In this document: in pieces, positions 1 to 8,996 of the stretch
Layout: each line of letters opens with the position of its first letter
Position numbering within the stretch: position 1 is the first letter of the stretch
Source: a virus
Lineage: Duplodnaviria > Caudoviricetes
Strand: one strand, 5' to 3'
DNA length: 64,000 nt
Virus record (IMG/VR): IMGVR_UViG_3300034157_000065
Span: 128,831-192,830 of that record
Translations under genes and position numbers: made by a program
Notes under the pieces: model-generated
Databases searched by the model: none
What the model was told of the DNA's origin: nothing
The model's input: the letters and a program-made list of their open reading frames with translations, nothing else

Positions 1-1
1 T

Positions 2-181
2 GCTGGTCAGCTTGTTTTTTATATGACTGCTGAACAACGCCAAGCTGTCTTTGCTCATATTGAAACGTTGTTTGATAAAGACGCCATTGCTTGTATGAAG
101 GCTGATGCTCAGCAGATTGTTGAAATGCGTGCAGATATGGATCGTCGTCTTGCGGAAATGGACGCAAAAACCGCAGTATAA
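2..181 (+). CDS. 3' end of hypothetical protein (truncated by window edge)
   Basis: Open frame AGQLVFYMTAEQ...MDAKTAV ending at TAA 179-181. Confidence 0.6.
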   Translation, partial: AGQLVFYMTAEQRQAVFAHIETLFDKDAIACMKADAQQIVEMRADMDRRLAEMDAKTAV

Positions 182-196
182 GCTACACCTTTTTAT

Positions 197-270
197 TGCC
201 GAATAATCTAGATGAATCAGGTAACTGTGTAATCTATGATGTCGTAGGCTAGATCCTACTTCGGCGGCCA
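197..270 (+). tRNA. Degenerate tRNA-like element or pseudo-tRNA, anticodon not assignable
   Basis: Acceptor stem TGCCGAA/TTCGGCG plus G-CCA end; T-stem GTAGG/CCTAC with non-canonical 6-nt loop CTAGAT; poor anticodon arm. Confidence 0.5.
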
Positions 271-273
271 GAT

Positions 274-386
274 TTGCTGTAGGCTCTTGTAGCCTGTCCG
301 ACCGGGTTGTGACCGGGCAGAACCAGACGGTTCCCGCTTTCGGGTGGAGTCGATAAGGCATAGGTAATCGGTTCCTATTGCAGCAA
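274..386 (+). ncRNA. Structured RNA, Y-RNA-like
   Basis: Closing stem TTGCTGTA/TGCAGCAA; inner helix GCCTGTC-C-GAC/GTCGATAAGGC with a bulged C as in Ro-binding stems; internal hairpins. Confidence 0.45.
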
Positions 387-478
387 TGAAATTATTAACA
401 TTATTGAGAGAATATTATGCCTACATACGAGAGAATCTGGACACGATTATAAAATGTTAGCCCTAGGAGGGTCAAGTT

Positions 479-649
479 ATGTCCAGAAGTGTAAAAGGTA
501 GTAAAGGTGGTGGTTATGAATATTGGTCTAAAAGACCTATGTGCTATTCTTCTCCCGGTCGTTGGGCCAAACAGAAGTGCCATCGCATTGAAAGACAGCA
601 AGACAAAGATTTGATTAGATCTGAACTTAAAGATTGTCACGATCTTTAA
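479..649 (+). CDS. Small basic protein, 56 aa (MSRSVKGSKGGGYEYWSKRP...DCHDL); not in ORF track
   Basis: AGGAGG at 465-470, ATG 479, TAA 647-649. Confidence 0.7.
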   Translation: MSRSVKGSKGGGYEYWSKRPMCYSSPGRWAKQKCHRIERQQDKDLIRSELKDCHDL

Positions 650-662
650 TCGTTCAAACAGA

Positions 663-803
663 GCAAGACCTGCATTAAGCGAAGACTGGCAGCTTGATAC
701 GGGAATTATACCGGCCCAGCGGTTTAGCAGAGCGATAGGAGTAATCCTTGACCGTAGAAGCAGTGATAATCGGTGACTTGGTGGTGGAAATAGATTAACC
801 ACT
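663..803 (+). ncRNA. Putative structured ncRNA
   Basis: GC-richer non-coding stretch with nested stems CTGC/GCAG, TAAGC/GTTTA, CTGG/CCAG, CGG/CCG and an AGGA-GTAA-TCCT GNRA hairpin, just before a terminator. Confidence 0.45.
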
Positions 804-810
804 TTAGTAT

Positions 811-840
811 AAAAAAAAGACTTCTTCGGAAGTCTTTTTT
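811..840. terminator. Bidirectional intrinsic terminator
   Basis: A8-GACTTC-TTCG-GAAGTC-T6 between convergent units. Confidence 0.85.
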
Positions 841-846
841 GTTTCT

Positions 847-1479
847 TTACATTTTAAATTTTCTCTTGTTTTCACTTTTTGGCTTTGGTGTCTCTCTGTT
901 GGCTAACAGGTTAATCCACTGAGTGTCTTCCCGGCCTTGTTTATCAGCCCCATGATACAATTTCACGTCACCAAACAATTTCGAATCTTCAAGTATTTTT
1001 GATAATTCTGGTATGGTGTAGTAGCTGAAAAATCTTCCTTTTGGATCACTTGATTCACCTTCACCACTTTTGAAGCTGGCATAAATCTTTCCACCTTCCT
1101 TCATACTGTCAGCAATTTTCAATAATGTAGTTTTTAATTCTTCTTTGTTCAAATGAAGTAACGAAGCCATACACCACACACCATCAAATTCACCCTTCCA
1201 GTTTATTTCTGAGAAGTCTTTGTGTTCAACCTTTACACCAGAATTGCTTTTTGCTATTTCAACTAGTTCTTTGGAAGCATCCATGCCTTGCACATTGAAG
1301 CCAAGATTTTTGAAAGCAATTAAATCACGTCCTGAACCGCAACCCGCATCTAAGATCTTTGCATCAGCAGGCATATTCTTGGTAAATTCCTTGTGCAGAT
1401 CGGATATGTCCAAGTTGATAGTGCTTTGAGCATACTCATCAGCATTCTTATTGTAGTAATCTATTGTCTCTTTATTCAT
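847..1479 (-). CDS. Class I SAM-dependent methyltransferase
   Basis: Motif I ILDAGCGSGRD; FDGVWCMASLLHL; basic C-terminal tail. Confidence 0.9.
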   Translation of the reverse strand: MNKETIDYYNKNADEYAQSTINLDISDLHKEFTKNMPADAKILDAGCGSGRDLIAFKNLGFNVQGMDASKELVEIAKSNSGVKVEHKDFSEINWKGEFDGVWCMASLLHLNKEELKTTLLKIADSMKEGGKIYASFKSGEGESSDPKGRFFSYYTIPELSKILEDSKLFGDVKLYHGADKQGREDTQWINLLANRETPKPKSENKRKFKM

Positions 1480-1586
1480 AATTATCTGTCTTGTTGATTA
1501 TTTACATTGTATCACATTTTTTTGTTGTTTAAAGTTGTGAGAAGTGCTATAATCTACGCATACAAACACACAAAGGTGCTTTAACC

Positions 1587-1853
1587 ATGAAAAGTGAACG
1601 AGTTTCGGTTGATAACTATGTAGTTCGCTTCTACACTTCCGTAGAGGACGCACGAGATGCTGCAAAATACGACCACATGCAAGTGTGCCAGTATGGTCAG
1701 GATAAACGTTTTGTTATCACCCCAGACAAAGATGTTGAACACCCAGAATTGATTGATACCACGGGCGTCATTTTCAGCCAACGTTCGCAAGAAAATGATG
1801 GTCAGGTAAAGCTTTGGATGACTGAGTTTGTCGCTGAACTCACTGTTGTCTAA
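1587..1853 (+). CDS. Hypothetical protein
   Basis: TG-TATAAT promoter and AAGG RBS upstream; terminator downstream. Confidence 0.7.
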   Translation: MKSERVSVDNYVVRFYTSVEDARDAAKYDHMQVCQYGQDKRFVITPDKDVEHPELIDTTGVIFSQRSQENDGQVKLWMTEFVAELTVV

Positions 1854-2013
1854 GTAAGACCCGCTGGGGAGCGGCAGTAAGACCATTAGGAGCTGTTGTA
1901 AGAACCTCGCACATGAGAATGTCCGGGGTTTTTTGTTACCTATAAATAAGTAATGACATTTAAAAATACCTTTGATATACTGCAACCACACTAATGTATT
2001 CGGAGTAACTAAC

Positions 2014-2235
2014 ATGACCAGCAAACTTAACAAAAAAATTGATGAAGAAATGGCAACCTTTATGGCTAAGATGGAAGCGGGATTCACGCCGGACGCTGCT
2101 TTCAAAGCAGTGCTTCGTAGACTTCTTAAAGAGCAAGATCGGGATACTCGCCATGCGTGTGCCGAAGCTGTTCTGCAGACTTATAGCACAGGTGAAGCTC
2201 ATGATGCTTGTATAAATTGCAATACATTTGATTGA
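2014..2235 (+). CDS. Hypothetical protein
   Basis: GGAG RBS before ATG 2014; terminator ~2265-2291. Confidence 0.7.
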   Translation: MTSKLNKKIDEEMATFMAKMEAGFTPDAAFKAVLRRLLKEQDRDTRHACAEAVLQTYSTGEAHDACINCNTFD

Positions 2236-2352
2236 TATAAGCACACAAGATAATGTCTAGATTAAAAGAGCCGACGAAAGGCTCTTTTTTTCGTTTAGCC
2301 CTTTTATTTGTTAGTATTTGATATATAATAGTTGCAAACTAAGGAGTGTATT

Positions 2353-3036
2353 ATGTTTAAATTAATGGCGGTTCTTTTCTCGGGATTATTCCTTACTGGT
2401 TGTGCCGTTCATGACATCGGTAAAACATTGGACAGAAAGAAAGATAACTATTCCATTCTTGAAACTGTTTATGAGCCACAAAATAATTTGAACTATGTCA
2501 GGTTTGAAAGTCGTAAAACAGATGGAACAGACACCTATTTTACTGTTTCCAGTGGCGTTCAGTGGAACGATGATTATGTGGTCGCATTAAAAACGACTGA
2601 AAGCGAAAATGATAAATTTGCCTGTCTTGATGCATGTGGGGTTGTCTTTATCAAGAAACATAAAACAGCACCCGTGCCTGAATGGCGTCACCGTGTCAGT
2701 AACGAGCCTGTTATTCTGTTAGGGGCTTCTGATGAAGTTGATGATACTTTCGTCTTTAAATCAATGGATATCGATGTTTCGGCTATCAGTGCTGACATTA
2801 CACCTTATCCAGTTTATGCTGTTCCCACACCGATTGTTGAGAATAATGCAGAAGGTGGCCCTGTTTATGGAACGGATGGTAAAGTGATTGGTATTATTTC
2901 TGGATTCGTTAACACTGTTGATGATACAGGTGAACGATTGACGTATCTAGATGGTTTTGACTCAGGTTATTTCGCTTTGTATATTCCATACAGTGAATTG
3001 ATTCGAGCGTGGGATTTAGTCAAACCTGTTAAATGA
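2353..3036 (+). CDS. Lipoprotein, trypsin-like fold, catalytically degenerate
   Basis: Lipobox LTGC; aligns with 58575..59177 (QWNxDY, C-x3-C-x-x-V-F-x-K, GGPVY) but lacks catalytic His and Ser. Confidence 0.7.
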   Translation: MFKLMAVLFSGLFLTGCAVHDIGKTLDRKKDNYSILETVYEPQNNLNYVRFESRKTDGTDTYFTVSSGVQWNDDYVVALKTTESENDKFACLDACGVVFIKKHKTAPVPEWRHRVSNEPVILLGASDEVDDTFVFKSMDIDVSAISADITPYPVYAVPTPIVENNAEGGPVYGTDGKVIGIISGFVNTVDDTGERLTYLDGFDSGYFALYIPYSELIRAWDLVKPVK

Positions 3037-3097
3037 TTAATCTGTATTTATTAAAGGACTATCAAGTCCTTTTTTATTGCCTGAATTTTGTTTTTTA

Positions 3098-3126
3098 TTT
3101 ACTTATTGAGTGCTTTATGGTATGAT
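3098..3126 (+). promoter_or_regulatory. sigma70-type promoter (representative of many in the window)
   Basis: TTTACT-N17-TATGAT with extended TG. Confidence 0.6.
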
Positions 3127-3157
3127 AAGCCATCTAAATCACTAGGTAATCGAGCAA

Positions 3158-3742
3158 ATGAACCCAATTCCATCCGATATCTACAAATCCATGATTCTTA
3201 GCAATCCTTCCATTCATAAGTGGCGTATGGATTGTTTGTTTACTATTTTCTTTGATTCGAAATCACCCTTTTCGTTCTCAGCAGATGGTCATATCGTGCC
3301 AGCCTTTGATTTGAAACCGAATAAAGCCATGAACCATGATCCTAAACCTTATGCGAAAACCTTGAAGGGTTCGAAGCTGTCTAAAAAAGAAATTTCCATT
3401 CGCAAAGAGTATGAACAAAAGCTTTGTCTTTTTATTGAAGCTAACATTGATGAGATTTCAAAATCTCCGGCTCATTTCAATGAACGTCATCGAAGCTATG
3501 ATAACAACTATCCAGCAATCGTTATTACAAAAGACTCACTGTTTTTCAATTTGCCTAAAAAGGTTGCCCCTGTTTGGATTGAAGAACTAAAATTCATTGC
3601 TCAAAATGGTTCGGCAGCGTTGTGGAAAGAGTTTTGTGGTGAGTATGGTGCGACTGATGATGACACTATTTGGACAAGTCAAGAAGCTCATGATCTGCAC
3701 CGGAAAATTTGGTCGATTGTTAAACAACTTGAGAAGGCATAA
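3158..3742 (+). CDS. Hypothetical protein (paralog of 3748..4386)
   Basis: Shared SMIxxNxSI...R...L...FF and FxEx(N/H)IDE motifs. Confidence 0.75.
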   Translation: MNPIPSDIYKSMILSNPSIHKWRMDCLFTIFFDSKSPFSFSADGHIVPAFDLKPNKAMNHDPKPYAKTLKGSKLSKKEISIRKEYEQKLCLFIEANIDEISKSPAHFNERHRSYDNNYPAIVITKDSLFFNLPKKVAPVWIEELKFIAQNGSAALWKEFCGEYGATDDDTIWTSQEAHDLHRKIWSIVKQLEKA

Positions 3743-3747
3743 TTAAT

Positions 3748-4386
3748 ATGACAACTGTACATGATTGTGTTAAAGATTCTATGATTAACTATAATTCAAT
3801 TTTTTCCACTCGTTGGCATGTGCTTAAGCATGTATTCTTTTGTATTGGGACAGGCTATCAGTGGTCTGGCGATAGTATCTATTGCACCGCTCAAAGCTCT
3901 GACCGACGTTGGAAGGCAAGTCGCAAAGCACCACTTTCGGTTCGTGATTTCATGGTTTTTTTTGATGAACAAGAAAGTAAACGAAAAAATAATAAAAATT
4001 ATCCATTTCAAAAAGATGATGCTGTTGTTGCTTTGAATCGTAAATTTCTGGCATTTCATGCTAGTTTCTTGGTTGAGCATATAGATGAATTGGTTGACAA
4101 CCAGATTGCTATCACTGATGATGATTTGCCTAAAAAAATTCACATTGATGGAGGCAATAGTTTGTTTTGGAATCCGCCAGAACAAATGGCAAAAGATTGG
4201 CGAGACGCTTTGGTCGATACCGGTACCATTATGTTGGAGCTTATCAAAAACCATTATGCTAATGGTGATGACAGTGATACGGCTGTTTGGTCTTGCAAAG
4301 TGACCAAGAAAACTTACTTTCAAATGAAAGAACATGTTGAACTGGTCAAAACAAAAAAATATAAAGCTAAAAAGAAAAAAGCTTAA
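3748..4386 (+). CDS. Hypothetical protein (paralog of 3158..3742)
   Basis: Co-oriented tandem ORF followed by terminator. Confidence 0.75.
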   Translation: MTTVHDCVKDSMINYNSIFSTRWHVLKHVFFCIGTGYQWSGDSIYCTAQSSDRRWKASRKAPLSVRDFMVFFDEQESKRKNNKNYPFQKDDAVVALNRKFLAFHASFLVEHIDELVDNQIAITDDDLPKKIHIDGGNSLFWNPPEQMAKDWRDALVDTGTIMLELIKNHYANGDDSDTAVWSCKVTKKTYFQMKEHVELVKTKKYKAKKKKA

Positions 4387-4546
4387 TCATTGAATATTAA
4401 AGGACTGCAAAGTCCTTTTTTGTTGCTTATTTTTTAGTTTTTAAAAAAGAGTGAGATAAATTTAAACTATCCCATTAATACTTGATAGTTGATGAATTGA
4501 TGTGGTAGTATACAGTCTACTTTTTAACTTATTAGGAGCAATCATA

Positions 4547-4759
4547 ATGCATACAAAACTTAAAGAATTTGAAGAAGTATCTGACCGTTTTCGAGTGTTG
4601 GAACTTGAAATTTTAAAAGACATTCAAGCTACTGGTAAAAATAAAGGCTATAACTGGCCGCTCCATTCCATTTCTAACCTGTTCATTGGTAAAGATTATG
4701 TGACTTTTAAAATGAACGGTGTTCCGAAACGATTGGATATTCAAGAAATCTATCCATAA
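4547..4759 (+). CDS. Hypothetical protein
   Basis: AGGAG RBS before ATG 4547. Confidence 0.65.
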   Translation: MHTKLKEFEEVSDRFRVLELEILKDIQATGKNKGYNWPLHSISNLFIGKDYVTFKMNGVPKRLDIQEIYP

Positions 4760-4871
4760 GGCGTTTAATTTTTTTAAACAAGCCCATTGGCATTCACCAG
4801 TGGGTTTTTTGTTGCTTAAATTAAAGCAATAGCGTATAATTCAGTCTACTAAAACCAATGAGGTTACTCCA

Positions 4872-5408
4872 ATGAAAACCAGTCTTCGCCTTCTTCTGTC
4901 TGTTTTGGCTATTACATCGACAATGGCTCTTGCAGATGAACCTGTTGAAAAAGAACTGAGCCTTGAAAAATTTAGCTATCATGGCGTTGGTTTTAAAGAC
5001 AGCAAAACAGATCTTGTTGCCAAACTTTTTGAATGCAATGCCATGTCTTGCAAACGTAAAGAAAAAGACACCAATATTGATGTTGTGTTTACAGATGATA
5101 GAATTCAAATTATTGATGCGAGAACTCGCTATAACAACCGCATTGACTGCACCGTTAATCAGCGTGAAATTAAAAAGTTTTTGACGGACACCTATAATTT
5201 TGAATATGTGAATCAAGATAGCACTTTCTTGGGCATGAATATGACCAGTAATGATGTGGGTGGCAATATCAAAACCACAGATGGATCAATTTTTGTTAAC
5301 GTTTCTTGCATGAACGACTCTAAAATCAATATGGGGTATGTGAATACTCGTTTTAATCTCAAAGACATTTCAGCTCAGAGTTTCAAGGACGCTTTCAAAT
5401 ATGAATAA
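4872..5408 (+). CDS. Exported hypothetical protein
   Basis: Sec signal peptide ending ALA-D; GAGG RBS. Confidence 0.75.
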   Translation: MKTSLRLLLSVLAITSTMALADEPVEKELSLEKFSYHGVGFKDSKTDLVAKLFECNAMSCKRKEKDTNIDVVFTDDRIQIIDARTRYNNRIDCTVNQREIKKFLTDTYNFEYVNQDSTFLGMNMTSNDVGGNIKTTDGSIFVNVSCMNDSKINMGYVNTRFNLKDISAQSFKDAFKYE

Positions 5409-5940
5409 GATCACTAGCAATGGTTCAGTGCATCATCTTATTGATTTGAAATCAAGGGAGGCTATGCACCTTTACTACGGTTTAAAGAACAGGTTTGAAT
5501 ATACTGTTGAGAACCGTGAAGAAGTCGTCAAAACCATTGCTGATGATATTCGTGACTTTGTATTGCAATATGACTTTGTGGTATACCCAGAAAGCAGTGC
5601 TTCGTTTATCAGTGATGTGTTGTATAAGATTGATATTCCAACGTATCAAGTGGTCAAAAACTCTATTGAGAACGTCAGAGTATTTTCAAACACACTTAAC
5701 CTGCAGAAGAAAGAACGCGAAAGCCATGAAGAACGTTTTGCATTGATGGGGCCAAAGTTCAAAATCAACCAGATGAAGTCAACTCAACGTGTTAAATACG
5801 AAGCCGTTATTTTTGATAAACTTGACTTACCAAAAGGTCGAGGGCTTATTGTAGATGACAGCCATTTCTCAGGCACTACATACCGAGCGTTGGCAACTGT
5901 TACTGGCATTACCGATTTCTTGGCTATTTTTTCAAAATAA
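5401..5940 (+). CDS. Phosphoribosyltransferase-fold protein
   Basis: GLIVDDSHFSGTT resembles the type I PRTase PRPP-binding loop; VYPESS loop. Confidence 0.6.
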   Translation: MNKITSNGSVHHLIDLKSREAMHLYYGLKNRFEYTVENREEVVKTIADDIRDFVLQYDFVVYPESSASFISDVLYKIDIPTYQVVKNSIENVRVFSNTLNLQKKERESHEERFALMGPKFKINQMKSTQRVKYEAVIFDKLDLPKGRGLIVDDSHFSGTTYRALATVTGITDFLAIFSK

Positions 5941-6081
5941 ATTGTCTTAAACCAACAAGAGATCTCCAGAACTCTTTTTTATTTAATACCGCTACACTCT
6001 GCTAACAGTTAATTAACCTCTATTTGACAGCATTTTTAAGTGGTGGTAGCATGATAGCAATATAACATTAGAAGTATAACT

Positions 6082-6678
6082 ATGAACAAGTTATTATGTA
6101 TACCAGCTTTGTTTGTTTTAATGACAGCAACACCAGTTAACGCCGATTACAGAATGGTAGTTGGTTTAGAACAAAACTCTGGTGGTGGACTTGCTAATGA
6201 TTCTATTGTGTTCAAAAATGGCATTACACCACCCGATGGCAATACACCTACTAATGATTACTCTATGTTTGGTAGTTATGAAACAGTAGCCAGATCTATT
6301 GTCAACAATCCAAATCCAAATGTTAAAGTGACTTATGATGATGTTAAAGAGATCTTTAATGCTGGATATGATCTTAATGAATATAAAAAATTACAAGATT
6401 TTGGTTACGGATTAGGATTACTTGAAGCTTTTGTTTTTGGAACGAGTCTTCATTTGAACAACCTGATTGAATTACATAATGAAGGTTATCAGTTAGATCG
6501 ATTAGGACAAGCGGCTTATTATCTCCAAAATATATACGATATGCCATTTGATGCGGGTATTGCTAAAATAACAACCTCGTATAAAGCTAGTTGTTGGAAT
6601 ACACTGGATGAAGCCTTCATGCTTATTGATATTTCTGAATGGGACAATTATGCTTCACAACAAAATTGCTTAAAATAA
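6082..6678 (+). CDS. Exported protein, (E/D)YR N-terminal family
   Basis: Signal peptide then ADYRMVVGL...SIVF. Confidence 0.7.
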   Translation: MNKLLCIPALFVLMTATPVNADYRMVVGLEQNSGGGLANDSIVFKNGITPPDGNTPTNDYSMFGSYETVARSIVNNPNPNVKVTYDDVKEIFNAGYDLNEYKKLQDFGYGLGLLEAFVFGTSLHLNNLIELHNEGYQLDRLGQAAYYLQNIYDMPFDAGIAKITTSYKASCWNTLDEAFMLIDISEWDNYASQQNCLK

Positions 6679-6735
6679 ATTGAATCTAGTCAGTTGGTTG
6701 TGATATAATAAGGCCACACACAGAGGATAAATATC

Positions 6736-6882
6736 ATGTTGAAATGTCTGTTTGGTTTGAATTGTAACTTTGTTTATTTTAAAGACGCCATTGTGGGTGG
6801 TGGACTTGATGGGAGTGTTGTCATGTCAGTTTACAAATGCACAGTTTGTAACAGAGAGAAAAATCAAGAATATTCTCGTTAA
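6736..6882 (+). CDS. Small Cys-rich (Zn-ribbon-like) protein, 48 aa; not in ORF track
   Basis: GAGGA RBS; MLKCLFGLNC...YKCTVCNREK; promoter upstream and terminator downstream. Confidence 0.6.
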   Translation: MLKCLFGLNCNFVYFKDAIVGGGLDGSVVMSVYKCTVCNREKNQEYSR

Positions 6883-6888
6883 CATTAA

Positions 6889-6910
6889 AAAAGGTAGCCT
6901 AGGCTACCTT
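6889..6910. terminator. Bidirectional terminator (near-identical to 29669-29691)
   Basis: AAGGTAGCC-T-AGGCTACCTT hairpin between convergent genes. Confidence 0.75.
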
Positions 6911-6921
6911 ATTCGTTTAAC

Positions 6922-7224
6922 TTATTCTTTCTTCATGTCTTCGACATTATCTTGGAGATATGTCTGTTTTCTGCTGGCTTTTAATTCATCCCATTTTTTA
7001 TTCTGGTCTGCATTTAATACGCCTTGTATGTCTTTGTCTTCTGCGAGACGATGTTTTTCATGTATGTCTCTAAGCTGAGTTTTTTGACTTTCTGTCAACT
7101 TTAAATCTTGATAATACTTACCAAAGAATCCTTCAAACCAGTTGTCACTTGTGCTTGGTCCAGCGAAAGCAACTGATGATGTAAGTAGTGCAGCTCCCAT
7201 AATAGCGATGAGTGATTTGTTCAT
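6922..7224 (-). CDS. Spy/CpxP-like LTXXQ periplasmic protein
   Basis: Signal peptide AFA-G; LKLTESQK and VLNADQ motifs; AGGAGG RBS. Confidence 0.65.
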   Translation of the reverse strand: MNKSLIAIMGAALLTSSVAFAGPSTSDNWFEGFFGKYYQDLKLTESQKTQLRDIHEKHRLAEDKDIQGVLNADQNKKWDELKASRKQTYLQDNVEDMKKE

Positions 7225-7394
7225 AAACAACCTCCTAATTATTGGTCTAACTAATATTATCATAGAAAAACAAAAAGTCAATAGTAATCATTCGCATTTA
7301 TGCTGTTCTATTTCCTATCTCAGAGGCAAAAATGTTGAACTTTTCCTTGTTTTTTGGTATAATACAAACACTCAACAAATTGGAGATAAATATT

Positions 7395-7718
7395 ATGGTT
7401 AGCTTCTTGAAATACGCTTTCACCATCAAACCAGAATTCGTTCCCGAATTGAAAGAATCCTTTAAAGAATTTGAATGGTTGGAGAATTTTATCTCTGTAG
7501 AAGATTCTGGTGCGGTTACGCTTTTTGATCTTGCTGATGGTCAAACAGAAGATGCGATTACTCAGGTGATGGGTTCGTTGTCACCAGAAGGTGTTGCTAG
7601 TATCTCTTGTGACATCATTGCTTGTGAAATGAATGAGGTGGTTCGTTGCCGTGTTAAAGATGGTCAAGTTGTGAAACAGTATGCTTGCGACTTCGTTTGG
7701 AGTGCAACTCCTGCATAA
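7395..7718 (+). CDS. Hypothetical protein
   Basis: GGAG RBS, promoter and terminator. Confidence 0.7.
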   Translation: MVSFLKYAFTIKPEFVPELKESFKEFEWLENFISVEDSGAVTLFDLADGQTEDAITQVMGSLSPEGVASISCDIIACEMNEVVRCRVKDGQVVKQYACDFVWSATPA

Positions 7719-7825
7719 TTAGTCTACTCAATCAAATAAACCGTCATTCAGGCGGTTTTTTTCTTTCTTATGGTTGAAAAACTCAAAAGTTATGATAATT
7801 TATTCATTTCAAATGAGGATTTTTT

Positions 7826-8188
7826 ATGGCTTTAATTTTATACAGCAATGGTGAAGCTTCCTTCATCAAAAAAAACATTAACCCAGAATATTTTGAAGAC
7901 GATGGTAGGTTAAATCTTGTATTCCTTCAAGCGACTCTTGAAGCAGAAGATATCAACACAATCTTTATAGATGACCCTGAGACTGTTCTAACCATCGGTG
8001 AAGGGGATATGGAAGGCCATTATACGATGTTTCTTTTTGACAATGAAGCCGACTTCAAATTCCTGCCTGTTAATCAGTTCATGACCGATATAGCATTGCA
8101 AGTGGGCATGATTCCACCTGACACTGATATTAAAGGCACCGTTATCTGTTTAGAAATTGATGAACTGGGCATTCCATTACCTTTATAA
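7826..8188 (+). CDS. Acidic hypothetical protein, DUF3846-like (paralog of 8258..8602)
   Basis: LQ...DNEA...LPVN..T.IA...IxGxV pattern. Confidence 0.6.
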   Translation: MALILYSNGEASFIKKNINPEYFEDDGRLNLVFLQATLEAEDINTIFIDDPETVLTIGEGDMEGHYTMFLFDNEADFKFLPVNQFMTDIALQVGMIPPDTDIKGTVICLEIDELGIPLPL

Positions 8189-8257
8189 TTTGACTAGCAT
8201 TTGTTGAATTTACATTATGTTATGTTATTATTTAAGTAACAACATGGAGTTGAACCA

Positions 8258-8602
8258 ATGGCTTTAGTCATTTTTGAAGACGGCACAGCAAATAGTGCAA
8301 ACGCAGTAGAACAACCAGAATTTTACGATGAGCTTGGCAGACCTAATCAAATGTTCATGCAAAGTGTTTTAGAAACATCAAACATTGGTGCATTATTTTT
8401 CGAAGATCCAGAAGCTGTTATTCATTATCATGGAGTCGCTTACTCATTATTGCTGATTGATAATGATGCAGAAGAAAAAGGTTTAAGAGTTAATAAGTTT
8501 GCTACTGAGATAGCTGTACGACTAGGATTAATCACATCAGATGAAGTTATATTAGGTTCAGTTATGTTTGTAGCAGTTACAGAATTAGGTCCAATGGAAT
8601 AA
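8258..8602 (+). CDS. Acidic hypothetical protein, DUF3846-like
   Basis: Clear paralog of 7826..8188. Confidence 0.6.
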   Translation: MALVIFEDGTANSANAVEQPEFYDELGRPNQMFMQSVLETSNIGALFFEDPEAVIHYHGVAYSLLLIDNDAEEKGLRVNKFATEIAVRLGLITSDEVILGSVMFVAVTELGPME

Positions 8603-8617
8603 TTTTTTTAATAGGAG

Positions 8618-8878
8618 ATGTATATGAGTGTGTTTAAAATTGAAGCAGATGGTAAGATGCATGTGTTTAATTTAGTAAAGTTTAATATGTATGACAATCG
8701 TGGAAATGGATATGTTTTACATACCGATAATTCAGAACAGTTGGCTGTCTTATCTGTGGGACAAAATATTGACAAATTAGATATTCAGGAAGGAGCTGGA
8801 CAAGTTGCCAGAAACCTTATGGTAAAAGAGATAAATGATAAAACATTGACACTTGTACACCACTACGTTGTAAAATAA
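8618..8878 (+). CDS. Hypothetical protein
   Basis: AGGAG RBS; terminator ~8895-8922. Confidence 0.65.
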   Translation: MYMSVFKIEADGKMHVFNLVKFNMYDNRGNGYVLHTDNSEQLAVLSVGQNIDKLDIQEGAGQVARNLMVKEINDKTLTLVHHYVVK

Positions 8879-8996
8879 TAACAATAAATATATAAAAAAA
8901 AAGGCCATGTGGTCTTTTTTTTGTTTAGTTTACCTCTAAAATTGACATTTAAAAGATTCACATTATAATACTTGTATAAAACTAATGTAAAACATT

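Noticed and set aside
197-270. Functional tRNA-His (CTGTGTA loop)
   Set aside because: No 5-bp stem flanks the GTG, and the D- and T-loop consensus is missing.
401-802. 133-aa minus-strand ORF from the track
   Set aside because: Antisense to a well-supported small ORF and structured RNAs; no RBS; atypical composition.
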